Notes: a model not told the origin generated them from the letters alone. DNA of 58,811 nucleotides from Candidatus Iainarchaeum sp. (GCA_003558235.1 PWMI01000095.1:1-58811), one strand, 5' to 3'; positions 1-10,778 are shown, numbered from the stretch's first letter. A program made the numbers and translations.

Positions 1-57
1 ACCACTTGAATTAAGTTCATCTTACCACTTTTTCACATTATTCATTAATCACTTCTT

Positions 58-741
58 CTAAATAAATAGTATTGAAATAATCATCGCTGATACACAACCA
101 ACGGAGGTTGCTAGGAAGTTAGTTAATGAGTTACCCACGATTTTTCCATCTTCCCATAATGCACCGATAAAGGAATCAGCAAGGCAACCTATGAACCCTG
201 AAAACACAGCTATGGGTAGAATGTACCATGGGGCAATGATTAAGGAGAACAGGCCAATTAAAAAAGCTGCGATGATACCCATGGAAGTCCCTAGAAGAGT
301 TACTCCTCCATTATCTCCCTTATCAATCTTCTTGAAGTTAGTTATCATCCTTGGCCTTGACTTTGAGAGCACGCCTATTTCTGAGGAAACAGTGTCTGCT
401 GAGGCTGTTGCAAATGCTCCAACATACCCTATTAGGCCTATTGGACCGCCTAAAATAGCCATTATCAGGGCGATTGCGCCGTTCCCCACGATGTTCCAGG
501 GGCCTCGTGTCTTCTGTATCAATTGTTTTTTTCTCTTTTTTTCATCTTTCCACTTAGTTGCGGCTGTGGCTATGGCGTAAAACACAAGGATTATTAGGAA
601 CCAGTATATGCTTTGAGTAATCAGGATTATGTAAGCCATCAAAACAGCGGAAATCGCTCCGGTCATACTGAGAGATTTGTCTTCAAGGGCTATCAGCGCT
701 ATAAAAAGAGGCAGAGCATATTGTGATAAATGGAGAGCCAT
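58..741 (-). CDS. DUF92/TMEM19-family polytopic membrane protein
   Basis: 227-aa ORF with multiple hydrophobic segments. NIVGNG, SADTVSSEIG and GGVTLLGT motifs resemble the DUF92 family. Confidence 0.65.
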   Translation of the reverse strand: MALHLSQYALPLFIALIALEDKSLSMTGAISAVLMAYIILITQSIYWFLIILVFYAIATAATKWKDEKKRKKQLIQKTRGPWNIVGNGAIALIMAILGGPIGLIGYVGAFATASADTVSSEIGVLSKSRPRMITNFKKIDKGDNGGVTLLGTSMGIIAAFLIGLFSLIIAPWYILPIAVFSGFIGCLADSFIGALWEDGKIVGNSLTNFLATSVGCVSAMIISILFI

Positions 742-749
742 TTATGATC

Positions 750-1310
750 TTACTCCGAGATTTTACATTTACTTATCTCAACTCGTTTTATTGGGGAAAT
801 TGATTTGCATTCTCTGAATATGTCTGTTGAGGTTCTTCCGAATATCATCTTCTGAACTAGGTTGTCAAAGTTGTTTTTACTTGCTTCTTCCTCTAGTTTT
901 TCGTTCATTATTTCCCTAATTTTTGATTGTTGAGAGGTATGTGCTTTCCTTACTAGGAAAGAGTAAGCTGTTATATGTAGTTTTTTATCATCGACTTCTA
1001 CATCTTTGATGGTTTTTACGAGGCTTCTTCCTTTTCGAATGTTTCTTCTAAGGTAACTTCGAGATATTTCATATCCTTTTAGTTTCGTCTTGGCTTTGTC
1101 TCCTTCGACTTCTTCTATTTGAAGCACTAACTCGATGTGCCTCTGATTCCTTTTTCCGGTTATGTCTGAAAGAGGGGTTTTTAGGGTTCGGCCGATAAGT
1201 TTTTCCTCTGAGTCAGAAGGAGTTTCCTTGATATCCTTCCTTTCAAACATTTCTGGGGCTTGAATTGTGTACCACTTTTTTGATTTCCACTTGTCTACTT
1301 TTTTCGCCAT
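750..1310 (-). CDS. rps3ae: 30S ribosomal protein S3Ae (eS1)
   Basis: N-terminus MAKKVDKWKSKKWYTIQAP is typical of eS1. Length is 186 aa, and it sits next to uS15. Confidence 0.93.
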   Translation of the reverse strand: MAKKVDKWKSKKWYTIQAPEMFERKDIKETPSDSEEKLIGRTLKTPLSDITGKRNQRHIELVLQIEEVEGDKAKTKLKGYEISRSYLRRNIRKGRSLVKTIKDVEVDDKKLHITAYSFLVRKAHTSQQSKIREIMNEKLEEEASKNNFDNLVQKMIFGRTSTDIFRECKSISPIKRVEISKCKISE

Positions 1311-1319
1311 TTAATCACT

Positions 1320-1778
1320 TCATTCTTCTACTATTAATTTCGCTTTTTCAGGGGTGTAGTACCACTTTTGGTCTATTTCTCCCTTCTTTTTGTAGTACTT
1401 TACGAGTCTTCTTACTTTTGATTCGGTTAATTGAACTGCTCTCTTATTTTGAATATCTTTATTGTTACTCTCTAGGTGTTTTCTTAGTCTTATTGCTTTC
1501 TGCATCAGGTTCAATAGATCTTCTGGGTACTCCATCTTTTTCCCTGATTTTTCAAGTATCTTAGATATACTCTTACCTGTAGCTGACTTTACGTCGGGTA
1601 CTCCATGTCGGTCCCTAAGTATCCTTCCTATGTCACTAGGGTCGTTTTCTGCTTCGTAGAGCTCATTGACCTTGTCTTCTATCTCTTTTGAACTTAGCTC
1701 TATCCACTTTGGAGCTTCCTTTTGTATAGGTTTCGTTGAACCTGATTTTCCTCGTCTTCTAGAATGCATCTTCGCCAT
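1320..1778 (-). CDS. rps15: 30S ribosomal protein S15 (uS15, S13e type)
   Basis: MAKMHSRRRGKSGS N-terminus, with the archaeal S15/S13e length (152 aa) and pattern. Confidence 0.93.
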   Translation of the reverse strand: MAKMHSRRRGKSGSTKPIQKEAPKWIELSSKEIEDKVNELYEAENDPSDIGRILRDRHGVPDVKSATGKSISKILEKSGKKMEYPEDLLNLMQKAIRLRKHLESNNKDIQNKRAVQLTESKVRRLVKYYKKKGEIDQKWYYTPEKAKLIVEE

Positions 1779-1878
1779 AAGTTATTCCTCTTGTTTGCTT
1801 CTTCTTTGTTGTTTACTTAGAATTTGTAACGTATCTTTTGTATCCAGCCTCTTTTAAATACTTTATTTAATGTGGGTG

Positions 1879-2484
1879 TCAGAGGTATCTTGCTCTTTCT
1901 TCTATTTCTTTCAGTTTCTTGATTGTTTTCTCATCTCTGTATCCTTTTTTCATGTTTTCCCATATTTCTCTATCCACTTTCCAGTGTGTGCTTTTAAGCA
2001 TTTTTTTGAATACCAGTAGATCCATGGCTTTGTTTTCTATTCTATGTGTATCTTCAGCCATTCCAAAGTCAATTAAGAAGATTTCTCCACCTTTTCTAAT
2101 CATATTGGAGGTGGTTAAATCGTTATGTGCTATGTTTTTATCGTGCAAACCCCGTATCATTTTTCCTATTTCTCTTCCGAGCTTCTGAGGGTTCTCCTGG
2201 TTTTCTTCTATTCTTTTTTTGATGGTGGAGCCTTCTAATTCTTCCATAACTATTGAGTGATCTTTAAGGTTAACCTGTAGGGTGTGGGGGGTTTTGACTA
2301 CTTCTCTTGCCTTTTTTAGCATCTTGACCTCTTTTTTTATTCTTTCTTTTCTTATTATGTCATCGATTTCTCTTATTCTATACTTTTTGGGTTTTCTTTC
2401 TTTCTTTATCACTGGTATACCCAGGTACTTATCCCGGTAAAGTGTTGCTTCTGCGCCTCGGTAAACTACGTTCATTTTTATCAC
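1879..2484 (-). CDS. bud32: KEOPS kinase/ATPase Bud32 (PRPK)
   Basis: Small kinase fold: RGAEA glycine-loop region, HNDLTTSNMI catalytic loop and IDFG motif. Located in the kae1 neighbourhood. Confidence 0.88.
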   Translation of the reverse strand: MIKMNVVYRGAEATLYRDKYLGIPVIKKERKPKKYRIREIDDIIRKERIKKEVKMLKKAREVVKTPHTLQVNLKDHSIVMEELEGSTIKKRIEENQENPQKLGREIGKMIRGLHDKNIAHNDLTTSNMIRKGGEIFLIDFGMAEDTHRIENKAMDLLVFKKMLKSTHWKVDREIWENMKKGYRDEKTIKKLKEIEERARYL

Positions 2485-2485
2485 G

Positions 2486-3064
2486 TTATCGTTTTGGAAT
2501 CACTATGAATCCTTCTGTGCCTCCAACTATCTCTGTTTTTCCTTTTAAATGCAGTCTGCCGGTTAATGCTGCAAGTAATGCATCAATTTCGTCTATTGTT
2601 AATAATCTTTCTTCTAGTGTTCCTTTTAACCCCATTTTAATCATCTGTTTTTGTGCTTCGTTTTCTTGTTTTCTCTTGATTCCGAGTATTTCTGCGGTTG
2701 CTGTGCTCAGTATTTCTATTACGCAGTAGTTTTCTTCCAGTTTATTTTTCAGGGTTATTGCTCTTTCATTGAGTTTTTTCATTCCTTCTGACATGAGTGG
2801 GGGGAGGGCCCCGCATTCTTTGAGTTCAATGTCGCATTGTCTTGCTATTCGCCCGTCCTGTGGTTTTGTTGTGGGTCCGTCGATCGCTATTAGGTCGGGG
2901 GATACTTCATCTATCTTTTTATGGATTTCTTCATTGGTTTTTAGTTTTGATGTTGTTGCCTGTTTTCTTTTTAGTCTGCAGAAACCTGTTTCGTTTTTAG
3001 GTAGTCCTGCCAGGTCTATTCCAACTATTTTTTCGTTTAACATATTTCTCTTGTTGTCTTTCAC
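2486..3064 (-). CDS. DUF429-like predicted RNase-H-fold protein
   Basis: 192 aa. IVGIDLAGLPKNETG N-terminus, IAIDGP and IDALLAALTG motifs resemble COG2410/DUF429. Tightly packed between kae1 and bud32. Confidence 0.55.
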   Translation of the reverse strand: MKDNKRNMLNEKIVGIDLAGLPKNETGFCRLKRKQATTSKLKTNEEIHKKIDEVSPDLIAIDGPTTKPQDGRIARQCDIELKECGALPPLMSEGMKKLNERAITLKNKLEENYCVIEILSTATAEILGIKRKQENEAQKQMIKMGLKGTLEERLLTIDEIDALLAALTGRLHLKGKTEIVGGTEGFIVIPKR

Positions 3065-3082
3065 CTATAAATTTGGTGAAGT

Positions 3083-4057
3083 TTATTTTGGGAGGGGTAT
3101 TTTGTAGGTGTTTGGTCGCCAGGTGGGGTTTATATCTACTTCTTTTGGATCCTGGTTTTTTTCTCGGTAGATGTATCCTGTGTATGCTATCATTGCTCCG
3201 TTGTCGCCGCAGTACTCTCTTTTTGGAACGTAGAAGTCTGCTTGATGTTCTTTTGCCATTAGTTGATTCATTTCTTGTAGGCGGGTGTTGGCTGCTACTC
3301 CTCCGGTCAGGAGGAGTTCTTCTTTTTTTGTATGTGCGAGTGCTCTTTCAGTTACTTCTATAAGCATTGAGAGCGCGGTTTCCTGGAAGCTGTAAGCTAT
3401 ATCCTCTTTTTCTGCATTTTCAGATTTTCTGGTTGCTTCCGTGACTAGCCCTGAGAACGCTAGGTCCATGCCTTTCACGGTATAGGGTAGGGGTATGTAG
3501 TTTTCTCCTTTTTTAGCTAACTGCATTATTTTTGGACCTCCAGGCATTTGTAGTCCGAGGTTTCTTGCGAACTTGTCAAAAGCGTTTCCTATTCCTATAT
3601 CCAGGGTTTCTCCATATATTCGGTATAGGTTACCTGATTGGCTTATTATCTGGGTGTTTCCACCTGATACGTATTGTACTAAGGGGTCTTTGCTTTTGCA
3701 GTCTTTTTTACCTATCTCTATGTGCGCTATGCAGTGATTTACGGGGACTAAAGGTATTTTTAGTTGGTTGGAAAGTTTTTTTGCTAGTTTGACTCCTTCT
3801 AGTAGGCAGGGGGGGAGACCTGGTCCTGATGCTACTGCTACGATGTCCAGATCTTCTTTTTCTATGTTTGCTTTTTTCAGTGCGTCTTCTAGAACCTTTT
3901 TCTTCGTCTTGGAGTGATGTTTTGCGGCTTCTGAGGGTACTATACCTTTTCCTGGGCTTGGTTTGTAGATGCTTCTTTCGTTTGCTACTACCTCCTCTTT
4001 TTTCGTTATCCCTATTCCGAGGGTGTGTGCTGTTGATTCTATTCCTAAGCAGTTCAT
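3083..4057 (-). CDS. kae1: tRNA N6-adenosine threonylcarbamoyltransferase Kae1
   Basis: LGIESTAHTLGIGI N-terminus, NHCIAH metal motif and CGDNGAMIA C-terminal motif of Kae1/OSGEP. Confidence 0.95.
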   Translation of the reverse strand: MNCLGIESTAHTLGIGITKKEEVVANERSIYKPSPGKGIVPSEAAKHHSKTKKKVLEDALKKANIEKEDLDIVAVASGPGLPPCLLEGVKLAKKLSNQLKIPLVPVNHCIAHIEIGKKDCKSKDPLVQYVSGGNTQIISQSGNLYRIYGETLDIGIGNAFDKFARNLGLQMPGGPKIMQLAKKGENYIPLPYTVKGMDLAFSGLVTEATRKSENAEKEDIAYSFQETALSMLIEVTERALAHTKKEELLLTGGVAANTRLQEMNQLMAKEHQADFYVPKREYCGDNGAMIAYTGYIYREKNQDPKEVDINPTWRPNTYKIPLPK

Positions 4058-4069
4058 TTTATCTTCTCT

Positions 4070-4582
4070 TCAGATTGTGAACATTATTGTGACGACTATT
4101 AGGTTGTATGCGGTGTGTGTTAGTATTGGGGCGTATACTCCCTTTGTTTTTTCGTATTCGTGTCCTAGTGCTAGTCCCAGGAAGAATGTTCCTATTAGTT
4201 GTATTACTGATCCGTAGACTATGTGGAAGAATGAGAATATGAAGCTTGCTACCCATATATTTGTTTTCTTTTGTAGGTATCCTCTGAAGAAGACTTCTTC
4301 TATGAAGGAACCTATGAGGAGTATTGCTAGTACTTCTCTTAGTGGGATGTTTTTTATGATGGAGGGTACTTTTTCTATGTCACTATGCATTCCTAGTTGC
4401 GCTGCGATTAGCCCTATCGTGATGGATATTATGAGTAGTAGAAGGAGGTAAGCTAGGCTTATGGTGCTTTCTCTTCCTATTTCTATGTTTTTCTTAAATC
4501 CTAGTTTCGTCAGTAGGTCTCCCTTTTTAGCGATTAGAACTAGTGTTAACATTATGGCGTAGAGTATCAGTGAGGAAAGCAT
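4070..4582 (-). CDS. CPBP-family intramembrane metalloprotease (CAAX protease-like)
   Basis: Membrane ORF with EEVFFRGYL and FSFFH motifs characteristic of the CPBP/Abi family. Confidence 0.8.
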   Translation of the reverse strand: MLSSLILYAIMLTLVLIAKKGDLLTKLGFKKNIEIGRESTISLAYLLLLLIISITIGLIAAQLGMHSDIEKVPSIIKNIPLREVLAILLIGSFIEEVFFRGYLQKKTNIWVASFIFSFFHIVYGSVIQLIGTFFLGLALGHEYEKTKGVYAPILTHTAYNLIVVTIMFTI

Positions 4583-4586
4583 TTAA

Positions 4587-4751
4587 TCATTCTTGTTTTT
4601 TGTTTTTTTCTTTCCAGCGGGTGTAGCCACACTTTCCGCAGTGGTATCGGTCTTTGTGTTCCGCTAGGAATATGCCTTCTCCGCACTTTGGGCAGACGGG
4701 GTTTTTTCTTTCTACTTTACTTTTTTTTATTTGATAGATGTCTTTTTTCAT
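4587..4751 (-). CDS. rps27ae: 30S ribosomal protein S27ae (eS31)
   Basis: Hand-translated 54-aa [57 protein letters not shown]. It has a CxxC...CxxC zinc ribbon. Its start abuts the eS24 stop, the conserved S24e-S27ae pairing. Confidence 0.9.
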   Translation of the reverse strand: MKKDIYQIKKSKVERKNPVCPKCGEGIFLAEHKDRYHCGKCGYTRWKEKNKKQE

Positions 4752-5045
4752 TTAATCTTCCTCTTTTTTGGTTTTTTTGGTTCTTTCTGATTTGTATTTT
4801 CCGCTGTATCTGTCTTTGTGTTCTTTTGTTTCATATACTTCTACTTCGCATTCTGCTTCTTTTTTACCGTATTTTTGCTTTATTTTGCCTATTATGGTTG
4901 TTTCTTTATTGTATCCTAGTTTGGCTACTATTTCTTCTAGTAACTCAATTCTCTTTGGTGTTTGTTCGTATCCTTTGGCTTTGATAGTTACTTCTTTTCT
5001 GTGTAGCAGGGGGTTTTCTTTTTCCTCTATTTTTTCTATGTTCAT
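4752..5045 (-). CDS. rps24e: 30S ribosomal protein S24e (eS24)
   Basis: 97 aa. ENPLLHRKEVTIK motif typical of S24e, and conserved position upstream of S27ae. Confidence 0.93.
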   Translation of the reverse strand: MNIEKIEEKENPLLHRKEVTIKAKGYEQTPKRIELLEEIVAKLGYNKETTIIGKIKQKYGKKEAECEVEVYETKEHKDRYSGKYKSERTKKTKKEED

Positions 5046-5054
5046 CTTTGCACC

Positions 5055-5255
5055 TCAGCTTTTTACTCTTAGAGCGTATGCTCCTTTTGTTTTTGCACCT
5101 ATTTTTTGTGCTATTTCTGATTTCTCTGGATTTGTTATTATTGTGTATCCTTTCCAGCTTGTTGTTAGTTCAGTGGTTTTACATATTGGACAGTTTTTTC
5201 CTTCTATTATTCTGTGGCAGTTCTTGCATGCTTTAGCTTTGGCCATTTTCATCAC
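5055..5255 (-). CDS. spt4: Transcription elongation factor Spt4 (RpoE'')
   Basis: Zinc ribbon CKNCHRIIEGKNCPIC followed by WKGYTII. Lies directly downstream of rpoE'. The true start may be the Met at 5246. Confidence 0.9.
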   Translation of the reverse strand: MMKMAKAKACKNCHRIIEGKNCPICKTTELTTSWKGYTIITNPEKSEIAQKIGAKTKGAYALRVKS

Positions 5256-5790
5256 CTTCTTCTTTTAACCATTCTTTTTTACCTAGTCCAGGTTGTTTCA
5301 TGGTTAGGTTTATCTTTGATTCGCCAGTGTTGTTTTTTAGTGAGACTGCTATTATCCTTGCTTTGACTTCATCATCTTGCTTGAGTTTTCTCTTTGTTTC
5401 TTTTCCTGTTAGCATGCCTGTTTTTTCGTTGTAGGACATGAAGTCGTCTGTTATTTGTGAGACGTGTGCTAATGCGTCTATTGGACCTACTCTTATGAAT
5501 GCTCCGAAGTCCGTTACTTCACTTACTTTTCCTCTCACGGTTTCGTGTAGTTTTGGTTTGAAGGTTACTGCGTCGAAGGTTACTTCATGGTGGGTTGAAC
5601 CGTCTCCGTGGATTATTTTTCCTTGTCCAATGTCTCGTGGGTTTGTTATGTTTAGAATTACTCCTAAGTCTTTGTCTAGTGTTCCTTCATATTTTTTCCT
5701 CAGTACTTTCTTTATGGATTGTTCCTGGGGTTTGTCAAAGTACTTTGGTGGTACTCGTACTGATCCTTTGATTGTGAATTTTTCATACAT
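5233..5790 (-). CDS. rpoE: DNA-directed RNA polymerase subunit E' (Rpo7)
   Basis: 185 aa. N-terminal Rpo7 fold pattern (VRVPPKYF) and a C-terminal S1 domain (GKVSEVTDFGAFIRVGP). Confidence 0.93.
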   Translation of the reverse strand: MYEKFTIKGSVRVPPKYFDKPQEQSIKKVLRKKYEGTLDKDLGVILNITNPRDIGQGKIIHGDGSTHHEVTFDAVTFKPKLHETVRGKVSEVTDFGAFIRVGPIDALAHVSQITDDFMSYNEKTGMLTGKETKRKLKQDDEVKARIIAVSLKNNTGESKINLTMKQPGLGKKEWLKEEGDENGQS

Positions 5791-6337
5791 CTTTTTCTTC
5801 CTCCTGGTATCTTTTCATTGCTTTTTCGACTATGTCCCATGCTTCTTCTCTTCCTACCCAGTCCTTTATTTTTACCCATTTTCCTTTTTCTAGTCCTTTG
5901 TAGCTGCTGAAGAAGTGTTCTATCTCTTTCTTCTTGTGTTTGTTTACTTCGCTTATGTCTTTGTAGCTTGCTGTTCTTGGGTCTTCTACTGGTGCACCTA
6001 GTATCTTGTCGTCTTTTCCTGTTTCATCTTCCATTTTGAGTACTCCGATTACTCTTACTGCTACTACGCACCCCGGGAAGGTTGGTTCTTCTGTTAGGAT
6101 TAATACGTCCAGCGCGTCTCCATCCTCTGAGATGGTCTGGGGCATGAAACCGTAGTCCGATGAGTAGTGGAATGGGGAGTGTATGACTCGGTCTAGTTTG
6201 AAGTACCCTTCTTCTTCTCGATACTCGTACTTGTTTCTGCTTCTTTTTGGAATTTCAACTACTACGTTGATTTCTTTTGGTGGGTTTTTTCCGGGTGGTA
6301 CGTCTTTCCAGAGGTTTGGTGCTTTTTTATGTGTCAA
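5783..6337 (-). CDS. ppa: Inorganic pyrophosphatase (family I)
   Basis: VVVEIPKRSRNKYEY, DGDALDVL and DDKILG motifs of soluble PPase. Confidence 0.93.
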   Translation of the reverse strand: MTHKKAPNLWKDVPPGKNPPKEINVVVEIPKRSRNKYEYREEEGYFKLDRVIHSPFHYSSDYGFMPQTISEDGDALDVLILTEEPTFPGCVVAVRVIGVLKMEDETGKDDKILGAPVEDPRTASYKDISEVNKHKKKEIEHFFSSYKGLEKGKWVKIKDWVGREEAWDIVEKAMKRYQEEEKDV

Positions 6338-6341
6338 TGGA

Positions 6342-6713
6342 TCACCTTGTTAACTCTATTTTTTTGCTGCTTCTTAGGTATATGATTGGGACGTTTTGTT
6401 CTGTGCATCTTTTTTTTAGTTCTTTGTCGTTTGTTGCTACGTATGCTTTGTTTTTCTTTCCGTATTCCAGTATTTGATCGTCTGTTGGTTTGTCTTCATC
6501 TTTATTTGTGGGTTCCACTACTTTTACTTTTTTCTTTTTTATTAACTGTAGCGCTAGTTTGCTTGACTTGGTGTTGAGTTTTTTCAGTTCTTTTTTTATG
6601 GAGGGTAGTATCACGAACTTTGCTAGGGGTATTTTTTTCTTTATTTCTGTAAATATATCTATTTTTTTATCTTCAGGTAGCATGAGAAAGTTTGTGTCTA
6701 GGAGTACCTTCAT
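6342..6713 (-). CDS. PIN-domain nuclease (Fcf1/Utp24-like)
   Basis: MKVLLDTNFLMLP start and a late ATND motif. Conserved archaeal position downstream of aIF2-gamma. The start is placed at the internal Met, giving a 4-nt overlap with the aIF2-gamma stop. Confidence 0.8.
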   Translation of the reverse strand: MKVLLDTNFLMLPEDKKIDIFTEIKKKIPLAKFVILPSIKKELKKLNTKSSKLALQLIKKKKVKVVEPTNKDEDKPTDDQILEYGKKNKAYVATNDKELKKRCTEQNVPIIYLRSSKKIELTR

Positions 6714-7906
6714 TGGACCACTCCGTAGCCCATTAGGCCCCACCTTACTCCGGATCTCCTTGATATTGCTACTCTTGATCCTTTTCCTATTGCTATTGGT
6801 TTTCTTAGGCTTATTTTTACTTCTCTTTCCCCTTCTATTTTCTCTACTTTTCCAGGTACTGTTGAGGTCCCTGAGTTGATTACTAGTGGTTCATCTTGTT
6901 TTAGGGGTGTTATTTCTTGTTTTATTATCTCTTCGTTCAGTAGATGTGTTTTCACGGTGATTTCGGTTTTTACTGGGGGTAGTTCTCCGGGTTTTCCGAT
7001 TATGGAGCCGATTAAGCGGTCTCCTTTTGTCATGGAGGGTTCCATCTCTGTTTGTATTGCGGTTAATCCTCCGGGTGTTGCTTCTTTGATTTCTCCTTCT
7101 TTTATGAATAGGGATACTACCTTTGTTTCTATTGGATGGTGTTCTTTTCCTTTTATTATCCCAGGGGTTATTTGTATTTTGTCTCCTTTTTTGATTGTGC
7201 CGTGTATCATGGATCCACCTATTACTCCACCTTTTAGGTCTTTTACTTTGGTTCCGGGTTTGTTTATGTCAAAGGATCTTGCTACTTGCATCTTCCCAGG
7301 TTTTTTGTGGTCTCTTTTGGGTGTTTTTATGTTTTCTTCAATTGCTTTTATGAGTTCACTGAAGTTTATGTTGTGGTGTGATGATACTGGGATTATTGGA
7401 GCGTTTTCTGCTGTTGTTCCTTTCACGAATTCTTTTATTTGTTTGTAGTTTTCCTTTGCTTGTTTTTTCGTGACTAGATCTATCTTTGTTTGTACTATCA
7501 CGATGTTTTCTATTCCAGTCATGCTTAGTGCTGCTAGGTGTTCTCTTGTTTGTGTTTGTGGGCATTCTTCGTTGGCTGAGATTATTAGTAGTGCTCCGTC
7601 CATTATGCTTGTTCCTGAGAGTGTTACGGTGGTCATTATTTCGTGTCCGGGGCAGTCTACGAAGGATACTTTTCTGAGAAACTCTGGGTTCTTACATTCT
7701 TTCTTGTTGGTTGTGTAGGTGTTTTTTTCTTTGCATTTGTAGAACTTAGCGTCTGCGTAGCCGATCTTCATGGTTATTCCTCTTTTCAATTCTTCTGAAT
7801 GGGTGTCTGTCCATTCTCCTGTTAGTTGCTGGACTACGCTTGTTTTTCCTGAGTCTACGTGGCCTGTTAGGCCTATGTTGACTTCAGGTTGCTTGAGTTC
7901 ACTCAT
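6710..7906 (-). CDS. eif2g: Translation initiation factor aIF2 gamma subunit
   Basis: GHVDSGKTS G1 motif, DCPGH, QTKID, and a zinc knuckle region. 398 aa. Confidence 0.96.
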   Translation of the reverse strand: MSELKQPEVNIGLTGHVDSGKTSVVQQLTGEWTDTHSEELKRGITMKIGYADAKFYKCKEKNTYTTNKKECKNPEFLRKVSFVDCPGHEIMTTVTLSGTSIMDGALLIISANEECPQTQTREHLAALSMTGIENIVIVQTKIDLVTKKQAKENYKQIKEFVKGTTAENAPIIPVSSHHNINFSELIKAIEENIKTPKRDHKKPGKMQVARSFDINKPGTKVKDLKGGVIGGSMIHGTIKKGDKIQITPGIIKGKEHHPIETKVVSLFIKEGEIKEATPGGLTAIQTEMEPSMTKGDRLIGSIIGKPGELPPVKTEITVKTHLLNEEIIKQEITPLKQDEPLVINSGTSTVPGKVEKIEGEREVKISLRKPIAIGKGSRVAISRRSGVRWGLMGYGVVQ

Positions 7907-7947
7907 TTTTATCCTCTTTTTCTTTTGTGGTTCCGTAGTTTATGTAT

Positions 7948-8529
7948 TTACTCTTCTTTTTTGTCTTCTTTCTGTTCTTCTTTGTCTTTTTCTGTTTCTT
8001 CTGTTTGTTCGGTTTTTTCTGGTTTGTCTTCTTTTGTTTCTTCTTTTTCTTGTTTTTTCTCTTTTTTGTCTTCTTTTTCTTTTCTTGTTTTTTCTCCTGT
8101 TTCCTCTTTTTCTGTTTCTTTTTGTTCTTCCTTGTCTTTTTCTGTTTCTTCTTCTTGTTTTATTCCGAAGATGACTTCTAGGTCTTTCTTTCCTTTTTTG
8201 GTTACTTTTAGGTTGAGTTGTTCGATGTCTTCTTCTACTATCTCTCCTCTTACTGTTTTTCTTTTCTTTATTCCTCTTTCTTTTGGACGGTATCCTGTTC
8301 CTCCTTTTAGGAGTAGTTTTTTTCTTTCTGCTGTTTTTAGTCCTCTTCTCATTGGGAATCCTTGTTTGTCGCTTCCTCCGGTTATTTCTAGTTGGTATCC
8401 GTCTATGTCCAGTAAGCTTCCGGATATTTCTTGTCCTATTCTCTTGTTGTGGATTGCTCTTGCTTTTTTGTCATCTACTTCTTTTTGGTATGTTTTTCCT
8501 GTTTTTGGGTTTGATACTACTATCTTCAT
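7948..8529 (-). CDS. rps6e: 30S ribosomal protein S6e (eS6) with a Lys/Glu-rich C-terminal extension
   Basis: MKIVVSNPKTGKTYQKEV and GGSDKQGFPMR motifs of S6e. About 70 extra low-complexity E/K residues at the C-terminus. Confidence 0.93.
   Translation of the reverse strand: MKIVVSNPKTGKTYQKEVDDKKARAIHNKRIGQEISGSLLDIDGYQLEITGGSDKQGFPMRRGLKTAERKKLLLKGGTGYRPKERGIKKRKTVRGEIVEEDIEQLNLKVTKKGKKDLEVIFGIKQEEETEKDKEEQKETEKEETGEKTRKEKEDKKEKKQEKEETKEDKPEKTEQTEETEKDKEEQKEDKKEE
7981..8040. repeat. Dispersed repeat copy A, coding for the eS6 tail module
   Basis: 55/60 nt identical to 10801..10860, including the 26-nt exact core ttgttcggttttttctggtttgtctt. An internal relative is 7971..8000 versus 8121..8150 (28/30). 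Confidence 0.85.
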
Positions 8530-8532
8530 TTT

Positions 8533-10284
<1,752 letters not shown>

Positions 10285-10389
10285 CTCCTTTTTAAAATCC
10301 CGCCTCAGTCTTTTTTCGTTCCGAGGATTTCTGGTTGCTTAATCTGAATTAGCAGTGGTTTTTCTTCGTTGTGTTGTTTCACTGTGTTT

Positions 10390-10551
10390 TCAATCGCTTT
10401 TTACCCACTTGGTTTTGTAGGGTTTTCTCCCTAGTTTTAGGTGGTTTTTCTCGCACTTGCTGGTGCAGTACATGCTTCTTTTTCCATCTTTGGTTACGTA
10501 CATCTTTCCCGTTCCGGGCTCGATTTCTTTTTTACAGAATGTGCACTTCAT
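10390..10551 (-). CDS. rpl24e: 50S ribosomal protein L24e (eL24)
   Basis: Hand-translated 53-aa ORF MKCTFCKKEIEPGTGKMYVTKDGKRSMYCTSKCEKNHLKLGRKPYKTKWVKSD. Conserved L7Ae-S28e-L24e order. Confidence 0.9.
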   Translation of the reverse strand: MKCTFCKKEIEPGTGKMYVTKDGKRSMYCTSKCEKNHLKLGRKPYKTKWVKSD

Positions 10552-10559
10552 TTTTTCAC

Positions 10560-10778
10560 CTATCTTGGGTTTATTGCTTTAGCTTCAGTTTCTACTTCGA
10601 TTAGTAGTAGGATGTCGCCTTTTTGAATGGGTCCTTTTATGTTTCTTCTTTTTATGTTTCCTTTTTCTCGTCCATCGAGTATCTTAGCCATCACTTGGTT
10701 TATCTCGCCTTTTACTCCGGTTCTCCCGATTACTTCTATTACTTCTGCGGGTGTTGCGTCATCTGCCATATTATTCAC
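10560..10778 (-). CDS. rps28e: 30S ribosomal protein S28e (eS28)
   Basis: PAEVIEVIGRTGVKGEINQV...ILDGR...NIKGPIQKGDILLL motif set of S28e. The true start is probably the Met at 10769. Confidence 0.93.
   Translation of the reverse strand: MNNMADDATPAEVIEVIGRTGVKGEINQVMAKILDGREKGNIKRRNIKGPIQKGDILLLIEVETEAKAINPR

Noticed and set aside
7948-8160. Tandem T-rich repeats (tttcttctt-type) that could be mistaken for a CRISPR array or a non-coding satellite.
   Set aside because: The units are irregular in length, lie inside ORFs and translate into E/K low-complexity tails. There is no repeat-spacer periodicity and there are no cas genes.
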